NCBI RefSeq assembly: GCF_963921235.1
Contig: NC_086097.1
Coordinates: 227,046,001 to 227,110,000, forward strand
Direction: 5' to 3'
Source of the DNA: Mobula hypostoma
Lineage: Eukaryota
Length of the DNA stretch: 64,000 nucleotides
Each line of letters opens with the position of its first letter. Position 1 is the stretch's first letter. Both the position numbers and the translations under genes were made by a program. Below, in pieces: positions 20,913 to 32,295 of the stretch. The notes under the pieces are model-generated. The model saw nothing but the letters and a program-made list of their open reading frames with translations, was not told where the DNA came from and ran no database searches.

Positions 20913-22308
20913 CAAACCCCATTTCCAGAGAAGTTGGGATATTTTCTGAAATGCAATAAAAACAAAAATCTGTGATATGTTAATTCACGTGAACCTTTAT
21001 TTAACTGACAAAAGTACAAAGAAAAGGTTTTCAATAGTTTTACTGACCAACAATTGTATTTTGTAAATATACACAAATTTAGAATTTGATGGCTGCAACA
21101 CACTCAACAAAAGTTGGGACAGAGTTAAAATAAGATTGGAAAGTGCACAGAATATTCAAGTAACACTGGTTTGGAAGACTCCACATTAAGCAGGCTAATT
21201 GGTAGCAGGTGAGGTATCATGACTGGGTATAAAAGTAGCGTCCATCAAAGGCTCAGTCTTTGCAAGCAAGGATGGGCCGTGGCTCACCCCTTTGTGCCAA
21301 AATTTGTGAGAGAATTGTTAGTCAGTTCAAAAGGAACATTTCTCAACGCAAGATTGCAGAGAATTTAGGTCTTTCAACATCTACAGTACATAATATTGTG
21401 AAAAGATTCAGAGAATTCAGAGACATCTCAGTGCATAAAGGGCAAGGTCAGAAACCACTGTTGAATGTGTGTGATCTTCGAGCCAAGAAACCGTCATGCT
21501 ACTGTGACAATTATAGCCACCTGGGCTCGGGAGTACTTCAAAAAACCATTGTCACTCAAGACAGGCCGTTGCTGCATCCAGACATGCATCTTGTAACTGT
21601 ATTATGCAAGGAGGAAGCCATACATCAACTCTATGCAGAAACGCCGGCGAGTTCTCTGGGCCCGAGTTCATCTCAGATGGACCGAAAGACTGTGGAACCG
21701 TGTGCTGTGGTCAGATGAGTCCACATTTCAGCTAGTTTTCGGAAAAAATGGGCGTCGAGTTCTCCGTGCCAAAGATGAAAACGACCATCCAGATTGTTTT
21801 CAGCAAAAGGTGCAAAAGCCAGCATCTGTGATGGTATGGGGGTGCATCAGTGCCCACGGCATGGGTGAGTTGCATGTATGTGAAGGTACCATTGACTCTG
21901 AAAATGAATGGCACATCATGAAGAGGAGAATCAGACAACGGAGACCACGGACTGTTGAGCAGCTGAAGTCTCATATCAAGCAAGTATGGACAAAATTTCC
22001 TATTGCAAATCTACTACAATTAGTATCCTCAGTTCCAAAACGATTAAAAAGTGTTATTAAAAGGAAAGTTGATGTAACACAATGGTAAAAATGCCTCTGT
22101 CTCAACTTTTGTTGAGTGTGTTGCAGCCATCAAATTCTAAATTTGTGTATGTTTACAAAATACAATTAAGTTGGTCGGTGAAACTATTGAAAATCTTTTC
22201 TTTGTACTTTTGTCAGTTAAATAAAGGTTCACGTGAATTAACATATCACAGATTTTTGTTTTTATTGCATTTTGGAAATTATCCCAACTTTTCTGGAAAT
22301 GGGGTTTG
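20913..22308 (+). mobile_element. Tc1-family DNA transposon with ~200-bp IR/DR termini and an internally deleted transposase
   Basis: TA TSDs; CAAACCCCATTTCCAG... inverted at both ends; inner repeat AAGTTGGGA near 21110. Confidence 0.95.
21272..22088 (+). pseudogene. Tc1 transposase remnant
   Basis: HTH SQRKIAENLGLSTSTVHNIVKRF; VLWSDES (first D); VMVWGCIS. The region with the second catalytic D is deleted at GTIDSE/NEW (~21900), and there are frameshifts. Confidence 0.9.
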
Positions 22309-22874
22309 TAGATTGCTGAAATAAATCTTGTTTTATATTAATAGCTATTATTGTTATTATATTTTTTCATATTTCTCAAATTCCCCAAATGCATATGTCA
22401 TCAACTCACCATATCATAGTTTGAAACTCTTGCTGGTTTGTCATCCATGTTTTCTTTCCTCTCCGATTCCTATTGCATTTAACTATTTCAATCATTTATG
22501 TTCCATCCCTGAAAGCACTCATACTTGGTCCATTCACATTCAGTCTTGGTCTTCACTTTTCAGACCTGTTTTCTTCAGTTTTCCCTGTTCTATCCTTTAC
22601 TTCTCTGCTATTTAGTCTCCTGCATGCAGTACTCCACATTGACCTATGTAGAACACTTAATGAACATTTAAAAACAAAACTGCACACACTGGAGGTCTGA
22701 AATAAAACAGAAACAAAGTAAGCACAATGAGAGCACAAACCAAGGAATTTAAAAGCTGCAACATATGGAGCTGTCTGGAAGGCTGAGGAGATCAGGCTAT
22801 GCTAATGAAGAGAGACATAATGAGGCAATATTACAGATGGATGGTCTAAGGCAGAACTGGCCAGCTCTGATATA

Positions 22875-23453
22875 CACTCACTGGCCACTAAGGAGGTACC
22901 TAATAAAGTGGCCACTAAGTGTATGTTCATAGTTTTCTGCTGCTGTGGCTCATCTACTTCAAGGTTTCTATGTGCTGTGCATTCAGAGACGCTCTTTACC
23001 TTACTGTTGTAATGTGCGGTTATTCGAGTTACTGTTGTCATCCTATCAGCTTGAACCAGTCAGGGTATTCTCCTATGAACCCTTCATTAACAAAGTGTTT
23101 TCACCCACAGAACTCCCATCACTGCATGCTTTTATTTTGTTTTTGGTATTGATTCACAGCATAAAAAAGGTTGGAAACCCCTGCTCTAGACATTATTATG
23201 TATGAAAATTTCAGCAAATGATCAGTTTCTGAGATACTCAAACCATTCTGTCTGGCACTAACAATCATTCCGTGGTCAAAGTCGCTTAGATTACGCTTCT
23301 TCCCCATTCTGATGTTTGATCTGAATAACAACCAAACCTTTTGACCATATCTACACAATTTAATGCATTGAGTTGCTGCCGCATGATTGGCTGATTAAAT
23401 ATTTGCATAGTGAACATGTGTACAGGTGTACCTAATAAAGTGGCCACTGAGTG
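22875..23453. mobile_element. Non-autonomous Tc1/mariner element (MITE-like)
   Basis: TA-CACTCACTGGCCACT ... AGTGGCCACTGAGTG-TA termini; HTH remnant MGKKRNLSDFDHGMIV on the minus strand. Confidence 0.85.
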
Positions 23454-23479
23454 TAAACAGATTTAAAGTTAACTGAAGC

Positions 23480-23563
23480 AACATACATCAAAGTTGCTGG
23501 TGAACGCAGCAGGCCAGGCAGCATCTATAGGAAGAGGCGCAGTCGACGTTTCAGGCCGAGACC
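23480..23563 (-). mobile_element. 84-bp Penelope terminal fragment
   Basis: Reverse complement of ~46657-46740; 10-bp TSD TAACTGAAGC at 23470-23479 and 23564-23573. Confidence 0.8.
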
Positions 23564-23687
23564 TAACTGAAGCTGTTGAATCCCATATTAAAACTGGAAG
23601 GATGCAACATTCCTGGGTGTTCCTGAACTTTGTATTGGATTCCTTTGCAGTAGTGCAGGAGTTTATACAGTACCGTGCAAAGTTTTA

Positions 23688-23688
<1 letters not shown>

Positions 23689-23731
<43 letters not shown>
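23689..23731. repeat. (AC)n(AT)n microsatellite
   Basis: Directly visible. It precedes a Rex1/L2-like 3' tail (..caaatttcatgacaca..aaacttgattctg). Confidence 0.95.
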
Positions 23732-23732
<1 letters not shown>

Positions 23733-24556
23733 TGTGTAGTAATTTTATGTATTGCACTCTACTGCTGCTGTAAAAAAAAACAAATTTCATGACACATCTG
23801 AGTGATGATAAACTTGATTCTGCTATGGGTCTCTAATTTGAATGAGAGTGGGAAGAGGGCAGAGAGAGGGGAATTATGGTTGGGAAAAGGGGAAGGGAGA
23901 AGTGAGGGAGCAGGAAGCACCATAGAGACATTTTGTAATGATCAATAAACTGATTTTTTTTGGAATCAAATGAATTGCCTACTGTCTTAGAGCTGGGTGT
24001 GGTTGTACCCATGCCACAACTCCCCCCTGCCCCTGGCACTCCTTCTCTGCCACCTTCTCACCCACACCCCTCCTGCAGCACTTTATCCTCACCATTGGCA
24101 ACATCTTTTGCTCCTGCCCGATTTACAAACTCGCTGTCAGCTCCACATTGACAAGTACGGTACTGTGCAAAAAGTCTTTGGCAACCTAGCTATTTATATG
24201 TGTCTAAGACTTCTGCACACTACTGTTGATAAATGCGTAAGAGTTGACACTGAATTTAGATGCTCTGCGAAATGCCACTTACCTGCATTTAGTTTCACCA
24301 TTGTTAGCGAGAGCACATTATGAGATTTGAATGCTAAGAGCTTTTATCTCTTTGCTCATCCTGTTTTAGGATCTTCAGCTGAAGCATCATCTTTGTTGCT
24401 TATTGCTGGATACTGCCTGACTTGTATCCAGCAAATATTCCTTATCTTACTGCAACATCTCCCATACAATAGAATGTAAAATGAAGCAAGGAATACTAAT
24501 GAACATAGGAGGAACAAAATTAAAATATAAACCTGAGACAAGCAGATGTGGAAGAT

Positions 24557-26750
24557 CATAAGATATAGGAGCAGAATTAGGCCTCTCAGCCCATCAAGTT
24601 GGCTCTGTCATTCCATCATGGCTGATTTATTATCCCTCTCAACCCCATTCTCCTGCCTTTTTTCATAACTTTTGATGTCCTGAATAATCAAGAACCTATC
24701 AATTTCTGGTTTAAATATACGCAATGACTTGTCCTCCATGGCTGTCCATAGCAATGAATTCCATAGATTCACTACCCACTAGCTAAACAAACTCCCCTTC
24801 ATCTCTGTTCTAAATGGACATGTCTCTATTCTGATGCTGTGCCCTCTGGTGTTAGACTCACCTACTGTAGGGAACAGCCTTTCCACATCCATTCTATTCA
24901 AGCTTTTCCACTTGTCTTCGCATCATCCACAAACATGGCCACAAATCCATCAATCCAGCAATTCCATCATCCAAGTCATTGATATATAACATGAAAAGAT
25001 GTGGTCCCAATACTGACCCTTGCAGAACACCACCAGTCGCTGGCAACCAACTAGAATATGTCCCATCACAAGCAAGAGAAAATCTGCAGATGCTGGAAAT
25101 CCAGGCAACACACACAAAATCTAGAGGAACTCAGCAGGCTAGGCTGCATCTATGGAAAAGAGTACAGTCGATGTTTTGGGCTGAGACGTCGACTGTGCTC
25201 TTTTCCATAGATTCTGCCTGGCCTACTGAGTTCCTCCAGCATTATGTGTGTGTTGCTAGAATAGGTCCCCTTTATTCCTCCTCTTTGTCTCCTGCCAGTC
25301 AGCCTCCAGCCTTCTACTCATGCTTGTGTCTTTCCTGTAACATCATGGGCTTTTATCTTGTTAAGCAGCCTCATGTGTGGCACCTTGTCAAAGGCCTTCT
25401 GAAAATCCAAGTAAACAACATCCACTGACTTTGTCTGTTTTTTTCTCAAAGCATTCTAAGAGATTTGTCAGGCAAGTTTTCTCCTTCAGGAAACTATGCT
25501 GACTTTGGCTACTTTTATCATTTGTCTCCAAATATCCTGAAACTTCATCTTTAATAATGGAGTGTGACATCTTCCAACCACTGAAGTCAGGCTTACTGGT
25601 CTATAATTTCCTTTTTTCTGCCTCCTTCCTTTCTTAAAGAATGGAATAACATTTGCAATTTTCCTGTTCTCTGGAACCATTCCAGAATCTAGCAATTTTT
25701 AAAATGCCATTATTAATGCCTCTACAATCTCTTCGGCTACCTCCTTCAGAATTCTGAGGTGTAGTATATCTGGTCCAGGTGACTTATCTCCCTTCAGACC
25801 TTTCAGCCCCCCAAGTACCTTCTACTTAGAAATAGCACTCAATTCTGCTCCCTGACAATCTTGAATTTCTGGCATACTGCTAGTGTCTTCTACAGTGCAG
25901 ACTGATGCAAAATAAATATTAAGTTCATTTGCCATTTATGTGTCCCCCATTACTACCCCTGCAAGGTCATTTTCCAATGACCTCTTTTTTACTATTTATA
26001 TATCGGAAAAAAAGACTTTTGGTCTCCTGTTTTATATTATTGGCTACCATACCTTCATATTTCATCTTTTCTCTCCTTGTGGTCTTTTCAGTTGCCTTCA
26101 GTTGGTTTAAAAGCTTCCATTCCTCAAACTTCTTGCTATTTTTTTTACAGGTTATATGGCCTCCTTTTGCTTTTTTTTTTGTCTTTGACTTCCTTAGTTA
26201 GAAGTGGTTGCCTCATCCTCTCTTCAGAATACTACTTCATCTTTGGGATGTATCTATCCTGCACCTTCTGAATTACCCCCCAGAAACTCCAGCCATTCCT
26301 TTTCTGCCACCATCCCTGCAAGTGTCCCCTTCAAATCAACTTTGGTCAGCTTCTCTCTCACCTCTGCAACTCCCTTTACTTCACTGATACATTGATACAG
26401 CTGACTTTATCTTCTTTGTCTCAAACTGCAGAGTGAATTATACTGTATTATAATCACTGCTGCCTAAGGGTTCCTACCTTAAGATCCCTAAGCAAATCTG
26501 GTTCATTACACAACACCCAATCTAGAATTGCCTTTCAACTAGTAGGCTCAATCCCAAGTTGCTCTGAAAATCCATCTCATAGGCATTCTATAGATCCTCT
26601 CTTTTGGGATTCAGCACCAAGCTGATTTTTCCAACTACCTGCATATTGTAATCCCACATGACTAACCTAACGTTGCCCCTGTACATGCCTTTTCTACCTT
26701 ATTCCAGCTACTATATGCATTCAAATGTAACTCCTTCAGTCCTATCTGAT
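24557..26750 (-). mobile_element. Degraded, internally deleted CR1 LINE
   Basis: 3' UTR at 24557; GVLQGSVLGP, NYRPVSLTS and APE remnants. Confidence 0.85.
25065..25255. mobile_element. Fold-back (inverted-repeat) Penelope terminal fragment inserted in CR1
   Basis: ~70-bp imperfect inverted arms (gcaacacacac..cagtcga / tcgactg..gtgtgtgttgc), flanked by CTAGAATA(T/G)GTCCC at 25051-25064 and 25256-25269. Confidence 0.8.
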
Positions 26751-27016
26751 TTTGATATTTTATCCTTTTTGATTTTGCTCACGTGTTGCATTTAAATTTA
26801 ATAGTTAAATAGTTCTATTTAATATCAGAAAATGTATACAATATATAACCTGAAATTCAGAAGAGTGCCCCAAAGAATGAGTGACAGTAAAAATATTAGA
26901 ACCCCAAAGCCACCCTACTCCACCCCCTCCCACTCTCCCACACACAAGCAGCAGCAAAGAATCAACCCTCCCCCCACTTATTTAATGCAATGTGCTGCTA
27001 CCACTGATTTCTCTAG

Positions 27017-27900
27017 GTAACCCAGCGAATACACCTCTCGAGAAGTTGGTGGTAGCCAGACATCCCACCTCTCGCGGAAGTTCTGGGTGTCTCCCACATA
27101 TTAATAGTGGCTCCCTGATGCCCGCAAATTATATACAATATCACGGAAATCAATTTTTTTTGAGAGTGAGAGGAAGAAAGCAAGAGAGAGCGCAAGAGTG
27201 ACCACGAGAGAGAGCAAGAGCAAGCAAGCGAGAGAGAGCGCGAGAGCAAGCAAGCAAAAGCGCGCAAGCGAGAGAGAAAGCGAGTGAGAGCAACCATGAG
27301 AGAGAACGTGCGAGCGAGAGCACGCCATGGCAGAGTGTTCCAAAAAAAAGAAAATATAAAACGTACGTCACCCTAGACTACACTAAAGTGTGCCCCTGCC
27401 TAATAGGGGTCAAAAATAATGACAGTGTTGCTCACTGCACTGTTTGCAACAGTGAGTTTTCTATTGCCCATGGTGGGTTAAGACTGTAAAAGACATGTTG
27501 AGGTGAGTTTAACAGGTGTCATTCATTCATTAGCATAGCTAACGTTATTTAATCTTGCTGGCTAGCTCTCAGGAGCTACTATATTGCAGACATCCCACCT
27601 CTCCCGGAAGTTCCAGGAGTCTCCCGCCCGCAAATTGATGGTGCTACCTCCCTGAAATGAATTTTTGCAGGGTGGGATGTCTGGTGGTAGCAGAACTTTG
27701 CATTTGCAATGGCTGTAGGATTGACTTCGACAGCACAAAACTACTGTGCTGTGCCAATCCTTTTTGGGACTGCCTGGTAAAGGAGGCCATTGAAATAAAA
27801 CTAGAGGAAAAGAATTTTAACCAAGATGCAAGCCTCACTCTAAGAAAGAACTGGAATTTGATTGTATACAAGGTGGGATAGCAAAAACCCGATTAGTTGA
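27017..27900 (+). mobile_element. Penelope-like GIY-YIG endonuclease C-terminal fragment, interrupted by the hAT element
   Basis: EKLVVA|ELCICNGCRIDFDSTKLL..LVKEAIEIKLEEKNFNQDASLTL..W fits the PLE pattern SAVAEH..GH.IDF..KEAIEI..NFNRD.G. Confidence 0.7.
27057..27683 (+). mobile_element. Non-autonomous hAT-type element, copy 1
   Basis: TIRs CAGACATCCCACC / GGTGGGATGTCTG; 8-bp TSD GTGGTAGC; GA-rich tract; zinc-finger remnant CTVCNSEFSIAHGG. Confidence 0.85.
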
Positions 27901-28531
27901 TGACTAGCCTGCACTGCACTTTCTCTGCAGTTGTTGCACTTAAATTTGCATTGTTATTAATTTACCTTGTATGACCTCAATGCAAGACAAACTCTTCCCT
28001 GTACTTTGTTACATGCAACAATAATAAATCAATTCCATTTCCAGTGCTGCAATGTTTTGTAATTTGGATTAATTTTCCTGCTGAATTTTGAAAACTCCAT
28101 GCAAATTGAACAAACTGTTTACTATGATTTGGTAGTATTGGTATCAGATTAACTTTGCTTTTTGATGTCACATTCCGTCTGTCTGCCGTGCATAATCCTG
28201 GCATATGTAAGATATTGGAACGTTCTTCTAAATACAACAAGCAGCGCAGATTGCTCTACAAATCTACATGCATCACACTGTAAATTAATACATGAACATC
28301 GGCCAATCCACTGAAACCTCCTCAAACAATCTGAAATTAACCTATGATCTCTTTCCTATATCGAGTCCTTGAACAGCTCCCTTAAGTTGTTTGACTCCAT
28401 CTAAAAGCTCCATACTAGATTATCAGCTAGTAAATATATGGGTATCTAATTACAGTTGATTCTGAGTATTTATATATATTTTTATGGTTGTATATATTGT
28501 CACTTTATTTTTAATGACTTGCTTGAGATAT

Positions 28532-30180
28532 TTAAGACCATAGGACATAGGAGCAGAATTAGGTCATATAGCCCATCAAATCTGCTCTGCCATTCCATCA
28601 TGGCTGACTTACTATCCTCTCAACCCTATTTTCCTGCCTTCTCCCCGTACCTTTGACACCCTTACTAATCAACAACCTATCCACCTCTGTTTTAAATCTA
28701 CATAATGACTTGGCTTCCACAGCAATCTGTGGCAATGAATTCCACAGATTCGACACCATCTGGCTAAAGAAATTTCTCCTCATCTCTGTTCAAAAGGGAT
28801 GTCCCTCTATTTTGAGACTGTGCCCTCTGGCCCTAGACTGCAACGCTATAGGAATCATCCTTTCCGCTCTATCTAAGCCTTTAAATACTTAATAAGTTTC
28901 AATGAAATTCCACCACCCACCCATTCTCCATCTCCATTCTCCATCGATTTACTCCATCGAATACTCCTCATGATCTAATCCTTTCATTCCCAGAATAATG
29001 CTTGTGAATCTCCTTTGGTCCCTTTGTGTAGGACCAACCAGGATAGGTCTTACACAGTAAATGGTAGGGCACTGAGGAGTGTGGTGGAACAAGGGGACTT
29101 GGGATACAGGTCCATAATTCATTGAAAGTGGCATCACAGGTAGATAGGGTTGTAAAGAAAGCTTTTGGCACTTTGGCCTTCGTAAGTCAATATATTGAGT
29201 ACACAAGATAGGATGTTATGTTGAAGTTGTATAAGTCATTGGTGAGGCCTAATTTGGAGTTTTCTGTGCAGTTTTGGTTACCTAACTATAGGAAAGATGT
29301 AAACAAGGTTGAAAGAATACAGAGAAAGTTTACAAGGATGTTGCCGTGTCTGGAGGAGCTGAGTTATAAGGAAAGATTGAATAGGTTAGGACTGTATTCT
29401 TTAGAACATAGGAGATTGTGGGGAGATTTGAGAGAGGTATACAAAATTATGAGGGGTATAGATAGAGTAAATGCAAGCAAGCTTTTTCCACTGAGTTTGG
29501 GTGGGACTCTTATCAGTGTTCATGGGTTAAGGGTGAAAGGTGAGAATTTTAAGGAGAGCATGAGGGGAAACTTCTTCACTCAGAGGGTTGTGAGAGTGCG
29601 GAATGAGCTTCCAGCACAAGTGCCACATGCAGGCTTGATTTCAACATTTAAGAAAACCTTGGATAGGTGCATGGATAGTAGGGATATGGAGGGCTGTGGT
29701 TCCGGTGCAGGCTAATGGGATTAGTCAGTTTAAATAGTTTAGGCATGGACTTGATTGGTCGAAGGTCTGGTTTTTGTACTGTGTTTCTCTATGACTCTCC
29801 AATGCCAGCATATCTTTTCTTAGATGGATTAGGGGCTCAAAACTGTTCACAATACTTCAAATGTAGTCTGACCAATGCCTGATAAAGTCTCAGCATTCCT
29901 CTCAAAATGAATGCTAACATTGCATTAAGACTCCCAAGCCCTTTGCACCTTTGATTTGTGAATTTTCTCCCTGTATAGAAAATAGTCTGCACATCTATTC
30001 CCTTTCCAATGTTCATGGCCATACGCTTACCTGCACTATATTCCATCTGCCACTACTTTGCCCATTCTCCCAATGTGCCGAGGTCTTTCTGCAGGCTCCC
30101 TGCTTCCTTAGCATGACCTGCCCCTCCACCTATTTTCATATCGTCTGAACACTTGGCCACAAAGCCATCAATTCCTTGAT
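28532..30180. mobile_element. Nested CR1 3' fragments (minus-strand copy interrupted by a plus-strand copy at ~29030-29800)
   Basis: ORF 29218-29715 LYKSLVRPNLE..RVRNELP on +; MRRNFFSQ..WNSLP on -. Confidence 0.8.
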
Positions 30181-30601
30181 TTTGCTGACACTTTCGGAAT
30201 TGAATGCTGTCACTATCCATTTTTCAGTATAAGCTTTGGTTATGGTCTCTTAATTTCTACCAATATTCCTTACTGTTGTATCTGCAGGTGGCTGACCACA
30301 ATATGTTATAACAATGTTTGTTAAAAAAGTAGATTTATTTAACAAATGTATCTAAGTAACTAAGTTTAACCACTACAAAAAAAGCCACTTATAAATGGGA
30401 GCAAATGCTGACCATTCAGTAAAATTATAGCTCCTCGCATGGGAGGTTGGTCAAGAAGGTTCAGTGGCTTGGCTTTCTCCCACATTAGCATTGTGCGAGA
30501 AGCCAGAGAGTAGTTGGAAATGATTGCCTCTCTGACTGGAGGCCTGTGACTAGTGGAGAACTCTAGGGATCGGTACTTAGTCCTTAGTTGCTTGTCATGT
30601 G

Positions 30602-32160
30602 CAGTACCGATAAAGAGTATTCACCCCCCTTTGAAATTTTCATGTTTTATTGTTTTACAACAATGAATTACAGTGCATTTAATTTGGCTTTTTTGACGCT
30701 GATCAATAGAAAAAGATTCTTTCATGTCAAAATGAAAACAGGTTTCTACAAAGTGATCTAAATTAATTACTAATATAAAACACAAAATAATTGATTGCAT
30801 ATGTATTCATCCCCTTTAATATGATACAACAAATCATCACTGGTGCAGCCAATTGTTTTTAGAAGTCACATAATTAGTTAAATGGAGATCACCATGTGCA
30901 GTTAATGTGTTTCAGTTGATTGTAAGTAAAAATACACCAGTATCTGGAAGGTCCAACTGCTGGTGAGTCAGTATCCTGGCAAAAATTACACCATGAAACA
31001 AAAGAACACTCCAAGCAACTCTGCTTAAAGGTAATTGAAAAGCACAAGTCAGGAGATGGATATAAAAAAATTTCCAAGCCACTGAATATTCCTTGGAGTA
31101 CAGATAATAAATGAAAAGAATATGACACAGCTGTACTCCTGCCTTGAACAGGCTGTCCTCAAAAACTGAGTGACCATGCAAGAAGGGGACTAGCGAGGGA
31201 GGCTACCAAGAGACTTATGACAACTCTGGAGGATTTACAAGCTTCAGTGGCTAAAATGGGAGAGACTGCACATACAACAACTGTTGCTGGGGTGCTTCAC
31301 CAGTTGCAGCTTTATGGGAGAGTGACAAAGAGAAAGCCGCTGTTGAAAAAAACTCACATGAAATCTCAGCTAGAGTTTGCCAGAAGGCATATGGGAGACT
31401 CTGAAGTCAGCTGGAAGAAGGTTCCATGGTCTGATAAAACAAAAATTGAGCTTTTTGGCCATCAGAGTAAATACTATGCTTGGCGTAATTCAAACACCAC
31501 ACATCATCAAAAACACACCATCCCTAAAGTGAAGCGGGGTGGTGGCTGACCGGATGCTTCACTGTAGCTGGCCCTGGAAGGCTGTAAAGGTAGAGAGTAA
31601 AATAAATGCTGCAAAATACTAGGGGCAAACCTGATGCAGTCTGCAAGAGAACTGCGAATTGGAAGAAGATTTGTTTTCTAGCTAGATAATAACCCCAAGC
31701 ATAAAGCCAAAGCTGCATAGGAATGGCTTAAAAACAACTGTTAATGTTCTGAAGTGGCCAGGTCAGAGTCCAGACCTCAATCCAATTGAGCATTTGTGGC
31801 TGGACTTGAAAAGGCTGTTCGCTCACGATCCCCGTGCATTCTGACAGAGTTTGTCAGTTTGAATGGGGAAAAAATTACAGTGTCCAGATGTGTGAAGCTG
31901 ATATAGACCTATCCACACAGACTCAAGGTTGTAATTGCTGCCAGAAGTGCATCTACTAAATACTGACTTGAAGGGGCTGAATACTTTTGCCATCAATTAT
32001 TTTGTATTTTATATTTGTAGTTCATTTCGATTACTTTGCAGAGATCTGTTTTCACTTTGACATGGAAGAGTCTTTTACTGTTGATCAGTGGAAAAAAAAT
32101 CCAAATTAAATCCACTGAGATTCAATGTTGTAAAACAATAAAACACGAACACTTCCAAAA
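30602..32160 (+). mobile_element. Second Tc1-family transposon, degraded, right TIR truncated
   Basis: CAGT.. start; long inverted termini (tgttttattgttttacaac / gttgtaaaacaataaaaca); GYKKISK, PWSDKTKIELFG, DNNPKH and SPDLNPIE remnants. Confidence 0.85.
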
Positions 32161-32295
32161 TAATGTCCATAATAATATTCCCATCGACCTGCACTGGGAC
32201 CATAGCCCTCCATAACCCTACCAATTCGGTAGGACCAAACAAGTTAGGTCTTACACAGTGAAATATAGGGCACTGAGAATTGTGGTAGAACAATT

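Noticed and set aside
24340..24480. Possible host exon after a polypyrimidine tract and AG at ~24369
   Set aside because: No convincing donor or recognisable peptide; cannot be supported without RNA data.
27013..27371. Leu/Ser/Ala/Arg-rich ORFs (also 44726-45046)
   Set aside because: Artefacts of the GA/GC-rich microsatellite inside the hAT element.
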